DNA from: Bacillota bacterium | GTDB lineage: Bacteria; Bacillota_I; Bacilli_A; RF39; UBA660 | Direction of reading: 5' to 3' | Length of the DNA stretch: 64,000 bases | Assembly (NCBI GenBank): GCA_015059405.1 | Contig: SVAL01000001.1 | Span: forward strand, 72,032 to 136,031 | Shown: one piece after another, positions 46,784 through 56,315 of the stretch | How the letters are laid out: each line of letters opens with the position of its first letter | Position numbering within the stretch: the stretch's first letter is position 1 | Notes under the pieces: model-generated | The model's database searches: none | What the model was told of the DNA's origin: nothing | The model's input: only the letters and a program-made list of their open reading frames with translations | Made by a program: the position numbers and the translations under genes

Positions 46784-47305
46784 ATGAAGGTAGTATCAAT
46801 TAATGCTGAAGATGACGAAAATTATTTGTCCTTGGTATCTGATATATTAGATAACGAGGAATTTAAAGAATTAAGTAATTATGTACATCATGATAGTAAT
46901 AGATTACAACATTCAATGAATGTTTCATATATATCGTACTTGGTTGCGAAAAAATTAAGATTAGATTATAAAAAAGTATCTAGAGGAGCGTTATTACATG
47001 ATTTTTTCTTTGTAGATAATCATTCTATTAGTAAAACTAGTAGGTTTAAGACTTTATTTATGCATTCTAAATATGCACTTTTAAAATCTAGAGAACATTT
47101 TGAATTATCTAAAATGGAAGAAGATATTATTCTTAGTCATATGTTTCCAGTTGGTATATTTTTACCAAAATACAAAGAAAGCATTTTAGTTGATTTGATT
47201 GATGATTATGTATCAATTTTAGAAGCATATACAGCTAAGAAAAAAGAACTAAGTACAGCATATAGTTTTTTATTTGTTTTTATGTTTAATTTTATTTTTA
47301 GATAG
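46784..47305 (+). CDS. HD-domain phosphohydrolase
   Basis: 'LQHSMNVSYISYLVA' followed by 'GALLHDFF' (H...HD). Confidence 0.7.
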   Translation: MKVVSINAEDDENYLSLVSDILDNEEFKELSNYVHHDSNRLQHSMNVSYISYLVAKKLRLDYKKVSRGALLHDFFFVDNHSISKTSRFKTLFMHSKYALLKSREHFELSKMEEDIILSHMFPVGIFLPKYKESILVDLIDDYVSILEAYTAKKKELSTAYSFLFVFMFNFIFR

Positions 47306-47317
47306 TAGGAGTTAGAT

Positions 47318-48415
47318 ATGAGAAGACTTAGGTTAAGAGCGCCATTTCGTATATTATTATCATTAATTGCTATTTTTGTTATAGTATCTTTATACTTTCC
47401 AGTAAGTAATATTTATAAATTAATGAAGTTAGATTATAGTTTTGAATCTAGTGTTGCGATTTATGAAATTGATTTACATGATACTTTGCTTGAGAGAAAG
47501 TATAGTAAAATAGTTGATGAATATATAGAAGATGAAGAATTTAATATTGATAATTTAGATCTATATATGAATATTAATTATTTGGATAGAGATAATTTTA
47601 TTAGTAATATTAATGATATGATTTCTTTAAAATATACTGTTAAGGAAATAAATAAAATATATGATAATGTTAGTGATGAGTTTTTGGCTTCTGTTATTTT
47701 AAAAGAATATGTTTATGATATTATTAAGTTTATTGATATAGATATTTTTAAAGAAGAGAATTATTCTAGGTATAGAGAGTTTTTTAATGGTAATTATGAA
47801 AAGACAGTATTACATGTAAATATTGGTCTTGATAAAGATTTTTATACAGATACTGATATTGTAGAAGAGTTTTCTACTTCTATGCTTATTAATAAGTATC
47901 ATGGTGTTAGTGAAGATTTTGTAGTTCCTAATTTAGTTAAATTAGATAGTGAGTGTAGTAATGGTGATAATTACTTAAATAGTGAAGCTGCGGATGCTTT
48001 TGTAAAAATGTGTAGGGCAGCTAAAAAAGAAGGATATTATATTTTAGCTAATTATACGTATAGAGATTTTGAAACACAACAAGCTGTTTGGGATCAATAT
48101 TTAGAGTTATATGGACAAAGTTATAATGATAGATATGTAACTAAACCTGGTTTTTCTGAACATCATACTGGTCTTGCGATTGATGTAAAAAGTACAAAGT
48201 CTAATATTTTTAAAAATTCTAAAGAATATACTTGGATGGTAGAAAATTCTTATAAATATGGTTTTATTCATAGATATCAAGCTTCAAAAGAAAATATTAC
48301 TGGTATATCTAGTGAAGCTTGGCATTTTAGATATGTTGGAGTTGATATAGCGACTTATATGTATGAAAATAAACTAAGTTTTGAAGAATATTATGCATTA
48401 TTTTTAGATAAGTAG
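47318..48415 (+). CDS. M15B (VanY-like) D-alanyl-D-alanine carboxypeptidase, membrane-anchored
   Basis: 'SEHHTGLAIDV' and 'EAWHFRYVG' are the zinc ligands of the VanY/M15 family. N-terminal TM helix. Confidence 0.8.
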   Translation: MRRLRLRAPFRILLSLIAIFVIVSLYFPVSNIYKLMKLDYSFESSVAIYEIDLHDTLLERKYSKIVDEYIEDEEFNIDNLDLYMNINYLDRDNFISNINDMISLKYTVKEINKIYDNVSDEFLASVILKEYVYDIIKFIDIDIFKEENYSRYREFFNGNYEKTVLHVNIGLDKDFYTDTDIVEEFSTSMLINKYHGVSEDFVVPNLVKLDSECSNGDNYLNSEAADAFVKMCRAAKKEGYYILANYTYRDFETQQAVWDQYLELYGQSYNDRYVTKPGFSEHHTGLAIDVKSTKSNIFKNSKEYTWMVENSYKYGFIHRYQASKENITGISSEAWHFRYVGVDIATYMYENKLSFEEYYALFLDK

Positions 48416-48423
48416 GTGTTAAT

Positions 48424-48903
48424 ATGGAAGAGTTAGAAAATGACAAGATGATATATTGGGTTATATTTTTTATAATAATAATTGTCTTAGCTGTTGTTGG
48501 ACATCATTATGTTTTTAATTATGCAAAAGAAAAAGAAAAATTAAGAGAAGAAGCAATAGAAGATGTTAATGTTGATTTAGATAAATATATTGGTGTTTGG
48601 CAAATATTTGGTGATGAAGAATTACCGTTACAAGAACTTCTTATTAATGTTATTGATGGATCTACTATAACGTTTGATTATTATGTTAATGGAATTGCAT
48701 ATTTTGAAAGTCAAACAGCTAGTTTAGAAGATGATACGGCAACTTTTTCAATTACTGATAGAGATGAATTAGGAAATGTTTCTGGAAAGATGACTTTTAG
48801 ACATAATAAAGTATATTTTGTTATTTTAGATAGTGATATTGAAGATGTTGTTGCTGGTACTTATCAATTTATGGATATAAATGAAGAAAGTTTATTAGAT
48901 TAA
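48424..48903 (+). CDS. Membrane-anchored hypothetical protein
   Basis: N-terminal TM helix 'YWVIFFIIIIVLAVVG'. Confidence 0.55.
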   Translation: MEELENDKMIYWVIFFIIIIVLAVVGHHYVFNYAKEKEKLREEAIEDVNVDLDKYIGVWQIFGDEELPLQELLINVIDGSTITFDYYVNGIAYFESQTASLEDDTATFSITDRDELGNVSGKMTFRHNKVYFVILDSDIEDVVAGTYQFMDINEESLLD

Positions 48904-48926
48904 GTGGTATTTAACCACTTTTTTTA
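48902..48926 (+). terminator. Intrinsic terminator
   Basis: aagtggt-attta-accactt followed by a T-run. Confidence 0.6.
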
Positions 48927-48934
48927 TTTTATTG

Positions 48935-48943
48935 TGTTATAAT
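48935..48943 (+). promoter_or_regulatory. Extended -10 promoter (TGTTATAAT) for tRNA-Arg
   Basis: Ends 13 nt upstream of the tRNA 5' end. Confidence 0.5.
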
Positions 48944-48956
48944 GTATTTATGAGTT

Positions 48957-49032
48957 GTCCTCATAGCTCAGCAGGATAGAGCAATCGCCTCCTAAGCGGT
49001 AGATATCGGTTCGAGTCCGGTTGGGGACACCA
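48957..49032 (+). tRNA. tRNA-Arg (anticodon CCU)
   Basis: GTCCTCA-TA-GCTC-AGCAGGATA-GAGC-A-ATCGC-CTCCTAA-GCGGT-AGAT-ATCGG-TTCGAGT-CCGGT-TGGGGAC-A-CCA. Confidence 0.85.
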
Positions 49033-49184
49033 TTTATATATGTTATAATTTATTGATTTAAATATTTTATATAGTAAGATAATTTGTGATGAAGTAATTG
49101 TGTTAAATTGTGTAACTGTAAAAAAATATTGTAAAAAGAATATATCTTATTGTATAATAGTACCCAAGGAAGGATGGGTTTTAA

Positions 49185-49823
49185 ATGAAACAAGAATTAA
49201 AAGATTTAAAAGAACTAACTAGTAAGTTTATTGAAGTTAGAGATGATTTTGAAAAGAAAAAGGAAGCATTTGATTTATGTGCTTTATTCGCAAATAGTGT
49301 AGATGCACCATTTTTAGAATTAGAAGAAGTTGAAGTAGAAACTCCTTATGATTTAGCTAATATTTTCTATGAAAAGTTTGGATTTGTTGTTAGTTATGCT
49401 ACTGCATTAAAAGAAGAACATCCAAGATATGGAGAAAAGAGATTTAAAAATACTTTAATCGAAACAGTTATTTCTAGTCAAGGATGGGACTATGAAGAAG
49501 ATTATGATAAAGCTAATTATGTAGTTGAAACTCATTTAGCTTATGATGCTTTAGGATATGCTGAAGTAAATGCACTAGAAAATGAATTAGTAGAAGTAGC
49601 TGAAAAGATTAATACTACTACTGGTGCTGTTGCAGAACAAACTGTTAATGCAGTTAAAGGTGCTGGTAGAGCAGTTGCTAATGTGTTTAGACCATACGGT
49701 GAAGTTGCTAAAGGTCAATTAGAAGTTGCTGGTAGAAAAGCTAAAGGTGCTGTTAATAAAGGTGCTAAACAATTAATCAAAGCTCTTGAGTCTCTTGCAG
49801 ATAAAACTGAAGGTAATAAATAG
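49185..49823 (+). CDS. Hypothetical protein (212 aa) with an amphipathic Ala/Lys/Gly-rich C-terminus
   Basis: -10 TATAAT at 49153-49158 and RBS AGGAAGGA. Its own terminator lies at 49831-49857 (agtaga-gcaa-tctact plus T-run). Confidence 0.6.
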   Translation: MKQELKDLKELTSKFIEVRDDFEKKKEAFDLCALFANSVDAPFLELEEVEVETPYDLANIFYEKFGFVVSYATALKEEHPRYGEKRFKNTLIETVISSQGWDYEEDYDKANYVVETHLAYDALGYAEVNALENELVEVAEKINTTTGAVAEQTVNAVKGAGRAVANVFRPYGEVAKGQLEVAGRKAKGAVNKGAKQLIKALESLADKTEGNK

Positions 49824-49910
49824 TATACTTAAAAAGTAGAGCAATCTACTTTTTTTATTGTTTTGTTCTACATTTTATGATAGAATATTTTCTACTTAAG
49901 GGGGTGTCTT

Positions 49911-50597
49911 ATGGAAAATATAAATGATGTTTTAGTATTAAAACCATTACTTGATGTTTGTGATGGTAAAAATATTTATAATTGTTTTATATATGAAGTT
50001 GATTCTAGTAATGAATGTCGTTTATATATAGACACTTCTAAATTATCTTTTGTAAATAAAAGTATTTTATATACGATTGCTGATGTTTATTACGATTTAA
50101 TTTCTTTTGGCGATGATCCTAATTATTCTTTTATGACTTATCGTGGTAGAGCACGTAAAAGAAGTTGTTTTGAAAAACATAAATATGCTTGTTTTCACAT
50201 TCCTTATTTTGGAGAAGAGTTTAATGATTATACTACTGGCTTTTTCTTGGAACTAGCTAATTGTTTTGTTTGCCAAGAACCTTCTTTAGAAATTCCTGAT
50301 ATTTTTACTAAAGAAGAATATGAAAGATATAAAAAATATATTTCTAAAGGGATGGAAGATCAAAAGAATATTTCTATGGTGGCTAGTTTAGGTAAAGATA
50401 ATCCATTAAGAAAAGATGAAAATGCACTTAAAGTTGCTGCTGATAGGTTTTGTGATGGTAAAATAGTTCCATCTCATCAAGTTAGTGTTAATGTTTTAAA
50501 TAAGAATTTTACTTTAACTACGGATAGAGCACTTAATAATTTTAAAAGGTATAACGCATCTAAAGAAAGAGAAGCCAAACAAAAGGTCAAAGTATAA
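49911..50597 (+). CDS. Hypothetical protein (228 aa), first gene of a five-gene operon
   Basis: RBS AGGGGGTG. No motif recognised. Confidence 0.55.
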   Translation: MENINDVLVLKPLLDVCDGKNIYNCFIYEVDSSNECRLYIDTSKLSFVNKSILYTIADVYYDLISFGDDPNYSFMTYRGRARKRSCFEKHKYACFHIPYFGEEFNDYTTGFFLELANCFVCQEPSLEIPDIFTKEEYERYKKYISKGMEDQKNISMVASLGKDNPLRKDENALKVAADRFCDGKIVPSHQVSVNVLNKNFTLTTDRALNNFKRYNASKEREAKQKVKV

Positions 50598-51334
50598 TGG
50601 AAAAAGAAAAATTATATGAAATGTTAGGTGCTTCTTGGTTTCAAAAAGTTGTTTTTAAAGTAGAAGATTTAAAATTTAAATTTATAGATAGATTTTGTCC
50701 TAATATAGATTCTTGGTATTGTAATTATTGCGATAAAAAAGTTAAAAAAATATGTTTAAAGTTAGATACTGAAGAAGAAAAAGAAAAAATTAGACTTAAG
50801 TACAATTTTAAAAAAATGGCTTTTAAAAAAGAGTTAAGGGAAAAAAAGAATAGAAATTATCATATTGATTTTAATAATGCTAGTAGATTTAAGGATTATT
50901 TATTATGGAATAAGAAAGTTCATAAGAATGGAATGATTTGGAATGGAATTTGGATTTCTCTTTGTAGTTTAGCTCTTTTCTTTACTAGTGGTATAGCTAG
51001 TGTTTTAACTTCTGTTTGGCTTGGATATAATGTATTAGCGTTAGGTGTTAATTTTGAGTGTGTTAACTTACAAAATTATAATTTATGTCGTTTTGAAAAA
51101 AGAGAAGATACTTTAGTAAAAATTGAAAAAAGAAGTAAAAGTAGAGATGTAAAAAACTTTGCTAAAGTTGGAGAAAAAATATATAATAAATTATGTAATA
51201 GAATTGAGATGCCAAAAAGTAGTGAGGTTGTTTCATCTATTACTGATAAAGAAGAATTAGAACAGCTAAGGAAATTAGCTTTAGAAGTAAAAGCTCAAAG
51301 ACAAGATAGTTCTAAAATAAAAATGAAAAAATAG
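50597..51334 (+). CDS. Hypothetical membrane protein (two central TM helices)
   Basis: The ATG overlaps the upstream TAA (TAATG). Contains 'GASWFQKVVFKVE...NYH...LWNKKVHKNG'. Confidence 0.55.
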   Translation: MEKEKLYEMLGASWFQKVVFKVEDLKFKFIDRFCPNIDSWYCNYCDKKVKKICLKLDTEEEKEKIRLKYNFKKMAFKKELREKKNRNYHIDFNNASRFKDYLLWNKKVHKNGMIWNGIWISLCSLALFFTSGIASVLTSVWLGYNVLALGVNFECVNLQNYNLCRFEKREDTLVKIEKRSKSRDVKNFAKVGEKIYNKLCNRIEMPKSSEVVSSITDKEELEQLRKLALEVKAQRQDSSKIKMKK

Positions 51335-51345
51335 GAGGGTTAATT

Positions 51346-51645
51346 ATGGATATAAGTGTTGGAACTTTATTAAGTTTAGGTACAACTACAACAACTACAA
51401 ACGATGGTGTTCATATTTCTAATGATGATATTGCAACTACATTAACTTCTACTATTAGTACTGCATCAACTAGTGGTGGATTTACAGTGGAAGTGCATGC
51501 AGAATCTGCAAGAAATTATGTATCTTCGATGAGTGTTGAAGAAATTGATCAATTATTACTTGATATTGATGAACAAGAAAGTAAATTAGGATTTGTAGAT
51601 ACTCCGAAGGTAAAACAATTAGGTAGTTATCAAAATAAAAAATAA
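51346..51645 (+). CDS. Small Thr/Ser-rich hypothetical protein (99 aa)
   Basis: RBS AGGAGGG. Low-complexity N-terminus 'GTTTTTTNDG'. Confidence 0.5.
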   Translation: MDISVGTLLSLGTTTTTTNDGVHISNDDIATTLTSTISTASTSGGFTVEVHAESARNYVSSMSVEEIDQLLLDIDEQESKLGFVDTPKVKQLGSYQNKK

Positions 51646-51723
51646 GATATATTTATATATCTTTTTTTGTTGTTTATTTTTAGTTTTTTTTATATAATAA
51701 AACTTAATTCAGGGGTGATTTAT

Positions 51724-53256
51724 ATGAATGCACAAGTTGTATATAGTTTATTAGAGTATTTTAAGAAAAATCCTAAATATGAAGAAAAGTCTATTCGTTT
51801 ATTAAGATTTTTATATGATGATGTATATAGAGATCTTTCTATAAAAATAGAAGAAGGAGAAAAAGAAGAATTAGAGTCTTATGCATCTTTTTTAGAGGGA
51901 TTTCAATCTGGTTTAGTTAGTTTTATTGATGAAGATAAGAATTCTATTTTATATTATTTTAAAGAGATGATTGATGATAATAAAGAAGAAGTTCTTAATT
52001 ATTTTTTTGATAAAATTAATACATATTTTATGATTGTAGACAATCGTTTGTTTAGGGAATCAGATTTTGTATATTATACTTGTGTTTTTAATATTTATAT
52101 GATGTGTTTATCTTATCATAAATATAAAGATGATTTTGATAAATGTAAGAAGTATATGGATCATTTTTCTTTATTAATACAACCTAATACTTTGAGTGAT
52201 GATGAATTTGATTCTGATTATGAGTTTTTTCTTTCTACTAAAAAAGAGATTTTAGATAAGATTTTTAGTATTGATGATTTTGAAGAAATACCTATTTTAA
52301 AGAGTAAATTTGATGAATGTTTTAATAATATTTGTAAGGCTAGTTATGATGGTAGTGATATAGAAGAATCTTTAGAGGAACTTAATTTTATAGAACGTAT
52401 TATTAATGATATGAGAGCGTTAAAGGAAATAGATCCAGATTTTGATTGTGAACATGTTTTTAAAAATATTGAAGACTGGGTAGATATATTAAGCGAAGAT
52501 GATGAGTATTTTTATGCACCTATATTATTATATGGAAATCGTATTGATTATATTAGAGATTGTTATAATTCGTATTTAGATAACGGAACTTATATGGATC
52601 AAGTTATTGAATATGTTTCTTCTTTTAATAATAAGATGTTTAGATATTTGGATTCTATATATAAAGATGGTAAAGATTCTTTTGTTACGTGCATGGAAAT
52701 GGTTTTTGATAGTGATAGTTTAGAAGAGTTAGAAAAGAAGTTAATTAGTTTAAGAGAAATTTCAGAAATGTTTGATAATGATAATATTTCATATCCAAAA
52801 GCATTAGAAATGATTAAGGATTTATCGAGTGATAAATTTAAGAAAGTATATAATGGTAGAAAAGTTATGTATAGGTGTGAAACTGCGAATAAGACTGGTA
52901 GTGTTGAGATTTATGAAAGAATGATTGAAGTCTATAGTCAAATGTTTGAAGTTAGTGAAGATGAGATTAGATATAATGTTGTAGAACATTTTTCTGAATC
53001 TGATACTATTAAAGAGTTTGAAGATGATGTAAATATTTCTTTAGAAGAATTAGAAGAACAACTTATTGAAAAAAGAAAAGCAAGTATGGAAGAAGATGTT
53101 ACTGCAATGCTAGATGAACATGGCTTAGAAAGTAGCAATAATGGTGTAGATGGAGAAACTTTTGATGGTACTTCTGTTGGTGGTGTTAATACTTCTAATG
53201 ATACAAAATCAATACCTAAATCTTTAAGAAAAATATTTGGTAGAAATAAGGGATAA
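51724..53256 (+). CDS. Hypothetical protein (510 aa), tandem paralog A
   Basis: Start moved to the ATG at 51724, behind RBS AGGGGTGA. 'VYSLLEYFKKNP', 'NYFFDKINTYFMIVDN' and 'FNIYMM' are colinear with the next gene. Confidence 0.6.
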   Translation: MNAQVVYSLLEYFKKNPKYEEKSIRLLRFLYDDVYRDLSIKIEEGEKEELESYASFLEGFQSGLVSFIDEDKNSILYYFKEMIDDNKEEVLNYFFDKINTYFMIVDNRLFRESDFVYYTCVFNIYMMCLSYHKYKDDFDKCKKYMDHFSLLIQPNTLSDDEFDSDYEFFLSTKKEILDKIFSIDDFEEIPILKSKFDECFNNICKASYDGSDIEESLEELNFIERIINDMRALKEIDPDFDCEHVFKNIEDWVDILSEDDEYFYAPILLYGNRIDYIRDCYNSYLDNGTYMDQVIEYVSSFNNKMFRYLDSIYKDGKDSFVTCMEMVFDSDSLEELEKKLISLREISEMFDNDNISYPKALEMIKDLSSDKFKKVYNGRKVMYRCETANKTGSVEIYERMIEVYSQMFEVSEDEIRYNVVEHFSESDTIKEFEDDVNISLEELEEQLIEKRKASMEEDVTAMLDEHGLESSNNGVDGETFDGTSVGGVNTSNDTKSIPKSLRKIFGRNKG

Positions 53257-53257
53257 T

Positions 53258-54790
53258 ATGAAAGTAGAAAAAGTTTATGAATTATTAGAATATTTAAAAG
53301 ATAAAGATCCTTTACTTAATGATAAAGCTAAAAGAGTTCTTAAATATATTTATCAAGATATATATCTAGATTGTTTTGATAGATTAATGAATATTGAAAT
53401 AGAAAGAGCTATGAACGATGGTGCTAAAGTTGGTTCTATTAGATATAATCAAGTAATTGAACCATATACTGAAAGTAAGAAACAATTATCTGTCTTTTTA
53501 GATGGAGAAGAGTCTATCGTTAAATATCTTTTAGAAATGATAAAAGATGGTAAAGTTGAATTTATTAATTATTTTTTTGATAAAACAAAGACTTATTTTG
53601 ATATCGTTGATAATCATTTCTATACTAATGATGATTTTTCTATATATTCATTTAGTTTTAATATTTATGCAATGTTAAGGGCATATCATGAACATAAAGA
53701 TAATTATGATATTTTTGTTAGAGTAGTAGATGATTCGTCTTCTTTAATTAGTTGCGGTAAGTTTGAAGAAAAATATATGAGTTTCTTTTCTAAGTTAAAA
53801 GAGAGAAAACCTTTGTTGGATGCGCTTATTGGGTGTTGGTCGTATGGTAAAGTGGAAAAAGTATCTACTATTTATAAAGATGTTTTATCAAATATAGGTA
53901 GAAGTTATTTCTCTTATGATAGTGATGAAATGATTAGGGAATTAAAGATGCTCGATAAGATAGTATCTGATTATGATGAATTATCGAAAGATATATCTAG
54001 TGAAAGATTGATTTCTCTTGATGAAGTAATTGAATGTTGTGTTTTTAAAAAATATAATAGAAACTATAAATCATATTATTCTAAGAGTTTACTTATTGGA
54101 GAAAGACTTGAATTTGTTAATGATTGTTTGAATAAGTTTTTTGAAGTAGAAGGATATCGAAATGAAGCTTTTGATAAGATTAATGGTATGGATTATCGTT
54201 TGTTTGAATATTTGAATAGTTTGGATGGGCAATTTGGTGACTCTTTTATTCAATGTTTAAATGTATTATTTGATAGTGATACTTATTTTGAGTTTAATAG
54301 TAAAGCAAATTCTTTGATAAAAGCAAGTCTTTGTTTTAAAGATGGTGATGTTGAAGAGAGTTTATTAGAAGTAAGAAGTTTAGATTCTTTAAAACATAAA
54401 AAACATATAGATAATAAAGTGCTTTCTTTTTCAATGGATACTAATAAGCCAGTTAATCGAGATATGAGTATATTTAGAAGGATGATTACTTTGTATGATG
54501 AGTATTATAAAGAGAGTGATATAAGTGTTGTTCCTATAATGCGTAAAGTTTTTGGTGGTGTTAATTTAGTTAATTTGGATTATGAACTTGATCAAGAAAT
54601 TAAGGGTGAAATAGAACGTATTACTGCACTTAGAAAGGTTGAGGAAAGACGCCAAAGTGAAATTAAAGAAGAATTAGAACAAATGCGTAATGTACTTGTA
54701 AATGATACTAAAGTTACTATAGAAGAAGAAAAAAATTCACCACCAGCACCAGTTCGAAGAATGATTCCTTTCTTTGGTAAAAAGAATTAG
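53258..54790 (+). CDS. Hypothetical protein (510 aa), tandem paralog B
   Basis: The ATG lies 1 nt after the upstream TAA. 'VYELLEYLKDKDP', 'NYFFDKTKTYFDIVDN', 'FNIYAM'. Confidence 0.6.
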   Translation: MKVEKVYELLEYLKDKDPLLNDKAKRVLKYIYQDIYLDCFDRLMNIEIERAMNDGAKVGSIRYNQVIEPYTESKKQLSVFLDGEESIVKYLLEMIKDGKVEFINYFFDKTKTYFDIVDNHFYTNDDFSIYSFSFNIYAMLRAYHEHKDNYDIFVRVVDDSSSLISCGKFEEKYMSFFSKLKERKPLLDALIGCWSYGKVEKVSTIYKDVLSNIGRSYFSYDSDEMIRELKMLDKIVSDYDELSKDISSERLISLDEVIECCVFKKYNRNYKSYYSKSLLIGERLEFVNDCLNKFFEVEGYRNEAFDKINGMDYRLFEYLNSLDGQFGDSFIQCLNVLFDSDTYFEFNSKANSLIKASLCFKDGDVEESLLEVRSLDSLKHKKHIDNKVLSFSMDTNKPVNRDMSIFRRMITLYDEYYKESDISVVPIMRKVFGGVNLVNLDYELDQEIKGEIERITALRKVEERRQSEIKEELEQMRNVLVNDTKVTIEEEKNSPPAPVRRMIPFFGKKN

Positions 54791-54890
54791 TTTTTGACTG
54801 TAAAGTATATAAAAAATATATAAAAAGTATAGTATTTAGTTACTATCTTTTTTTATTTGTTTTATACTAGAAGTAGTATAATAGAAAGGA

Positions 54891-55772
54891 ATGAATATAA
54901 TGGACAAGACTTTGTTTATTGCTAGCTTTCCAGATTTAGGTAGTTTTGACTTTTCTAAAACAGGTATTAGAGTTGGAAACATTGATAATAGTGATTATTA
55001 TTTTAGAAATAATGTTACATATATTCATTCTTATATTGAATCTTTGAAAAAAATGGTTGGAACTTGTGATGTATTATTTGTACCAGCAACTGATAAAGTT
55101 ATAACAGGACTACAAGATGAAGGAATTAAGTGTATTGTTTTATATCCAAATATATCTTGTAAGGATAAATTTATTAAAGATCTTTTAGATAGTAAAATGG
55201 AAGAAGATTTTGTTTCAATGATAGAAAGTAGTTGGGAATTTATTATTTCTCGTTTAGATAAAAAAAATTATGATTATAAGTTTGTGATGGGAGAAGATGA
55301 TAAAGTTCTTGATGTATTAAAAAGTTTAATTGAAAAAAAAGAAGTGCTTGGTGTTTCAAAAAGTGATGTTGATTGTTTAATTAGTGAAGAGATGGTTGAT
55401 AATATTTTTAGTTATTGTTTACTAAGAGAAGATGAATTTAGTGATGGTAAACCTAATATTCAAAGTGTTTTTTGTGAAGGAATTAAGTTTGATTGTTTCT
55501 TTAGTTTAGCGCGTCTTAGTGATAAAAGAGAGAGTATTTCTTCACTTGTAAACTCGATTAAAGCGGTTGATGAAGGAATTAGTGTTAATAGTTTAGGTAT
55601 TTTAAAAAATGGACGTATTTGGACTGATTCGTTAGATGAAAAAGAAAAGGTTATGGTTTTGGGGGTAGGAAATGGTGATTTGATTATTCCTTTTTCAAGG
55701 TTTTTAGATTCATCTTTAAAGGGTTCTGTTCCTTATGTTATTAAGAGTGAGGTTTTAAAAAAAGGCATTTAG
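54891..55772 (+). CDS. Hypothetical protein (293 aa; alternative start at 54900)
   Basis: Long ORF. RBS AAAGGA is better spaced for the ATG at 54900. Confidence 0.55.
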   Translation: MNIMDKTLFIASFPDLGSFDFSKTGIRVGNIDNSDYYFRNNVTYIHSYIESLKKMVGTCDVLFVPATDKVITGLQDEGIKCIVLYPNISCKDKFIKDLLDSKMEEDFVSMIESSWEFIISRLDKKNYDYKFVMGEDDKVLDVLKSLIEKKEVLGVSKSDVDCLISEEMVDNIFSYCLLREDEFSDGKPNIQSVFCEGIKFDCFFSLARLSDKRESISSLVNSIKAVDEGISVNSLGILKNGRIWTDSLDEKEKVMVLGVGNGDLIIPFSRFLDSSLKGSVPYVIKSEVLKKGI

Positions 55773-55828
55773 TTGTCTTTTTTTTATTTTTGTGTTATTT
55801 TGTTTTATGTAGTTTCTAGGAGGAAAAT

Positions 55829-56227
55829 ATGAGTGATTTAACTAATAAAGCTAAAGAAATATTAAAAAATCAAAAAGGTTTTATATCTGCGAATAATTAT
55901 GAAGTTATTAAGGTAGAAGAAAATTATTGTGAGTTAGAAGGTATTATTACTGATACTAGTACTAATCACCTAGGTATAGCTCATGGTGGATATATATTTG
56001 GTCTTGCTGATACTGCTGCTGGTATTGCAGCTATGACTGATGAGAGAGTGGCAGTTACAGTTGACTCTAGTATTCAATATTTAAAACCTGGTAAGGGAAG
56101 TAAGTTGAAGGCTATTGCTAAAAGTTTAAAAGTAGGTAAATCGGTTGGTTTTTTTGAAGTGTTAATCTACGATTTAGAAGATTCTTTAATCGCTAAAGCT
56201 AATATAAATTATTTTTATATGAATTAG
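55829..56227 (+). CDS. PaaI-family hotdog-fold thioesterase
   Basis: 'GIAHGGYIFGLADTAAG'. RBS AGGAGG. Confidence 0.75.
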   Translation: MSDLTNKAKEILKNQKGFISANNYEVIKVEENYCELEGIITDTSTNHLGIAHGGYIFGLADTAAGIAAMTDERVAVTVDSSIQYLKPGKGSKLKAIAKSLKVGKSVGFFEVLIYDLEDSLIAKANINYFYMN

Positions 56228-56315
56228 ATAAGGTAACTTATCTTTTTTATTTTATATTTTAATTTTATATAGATAATTATATTTACTTTTGTATTAAAAA
56301 AATGATATTATTTAT

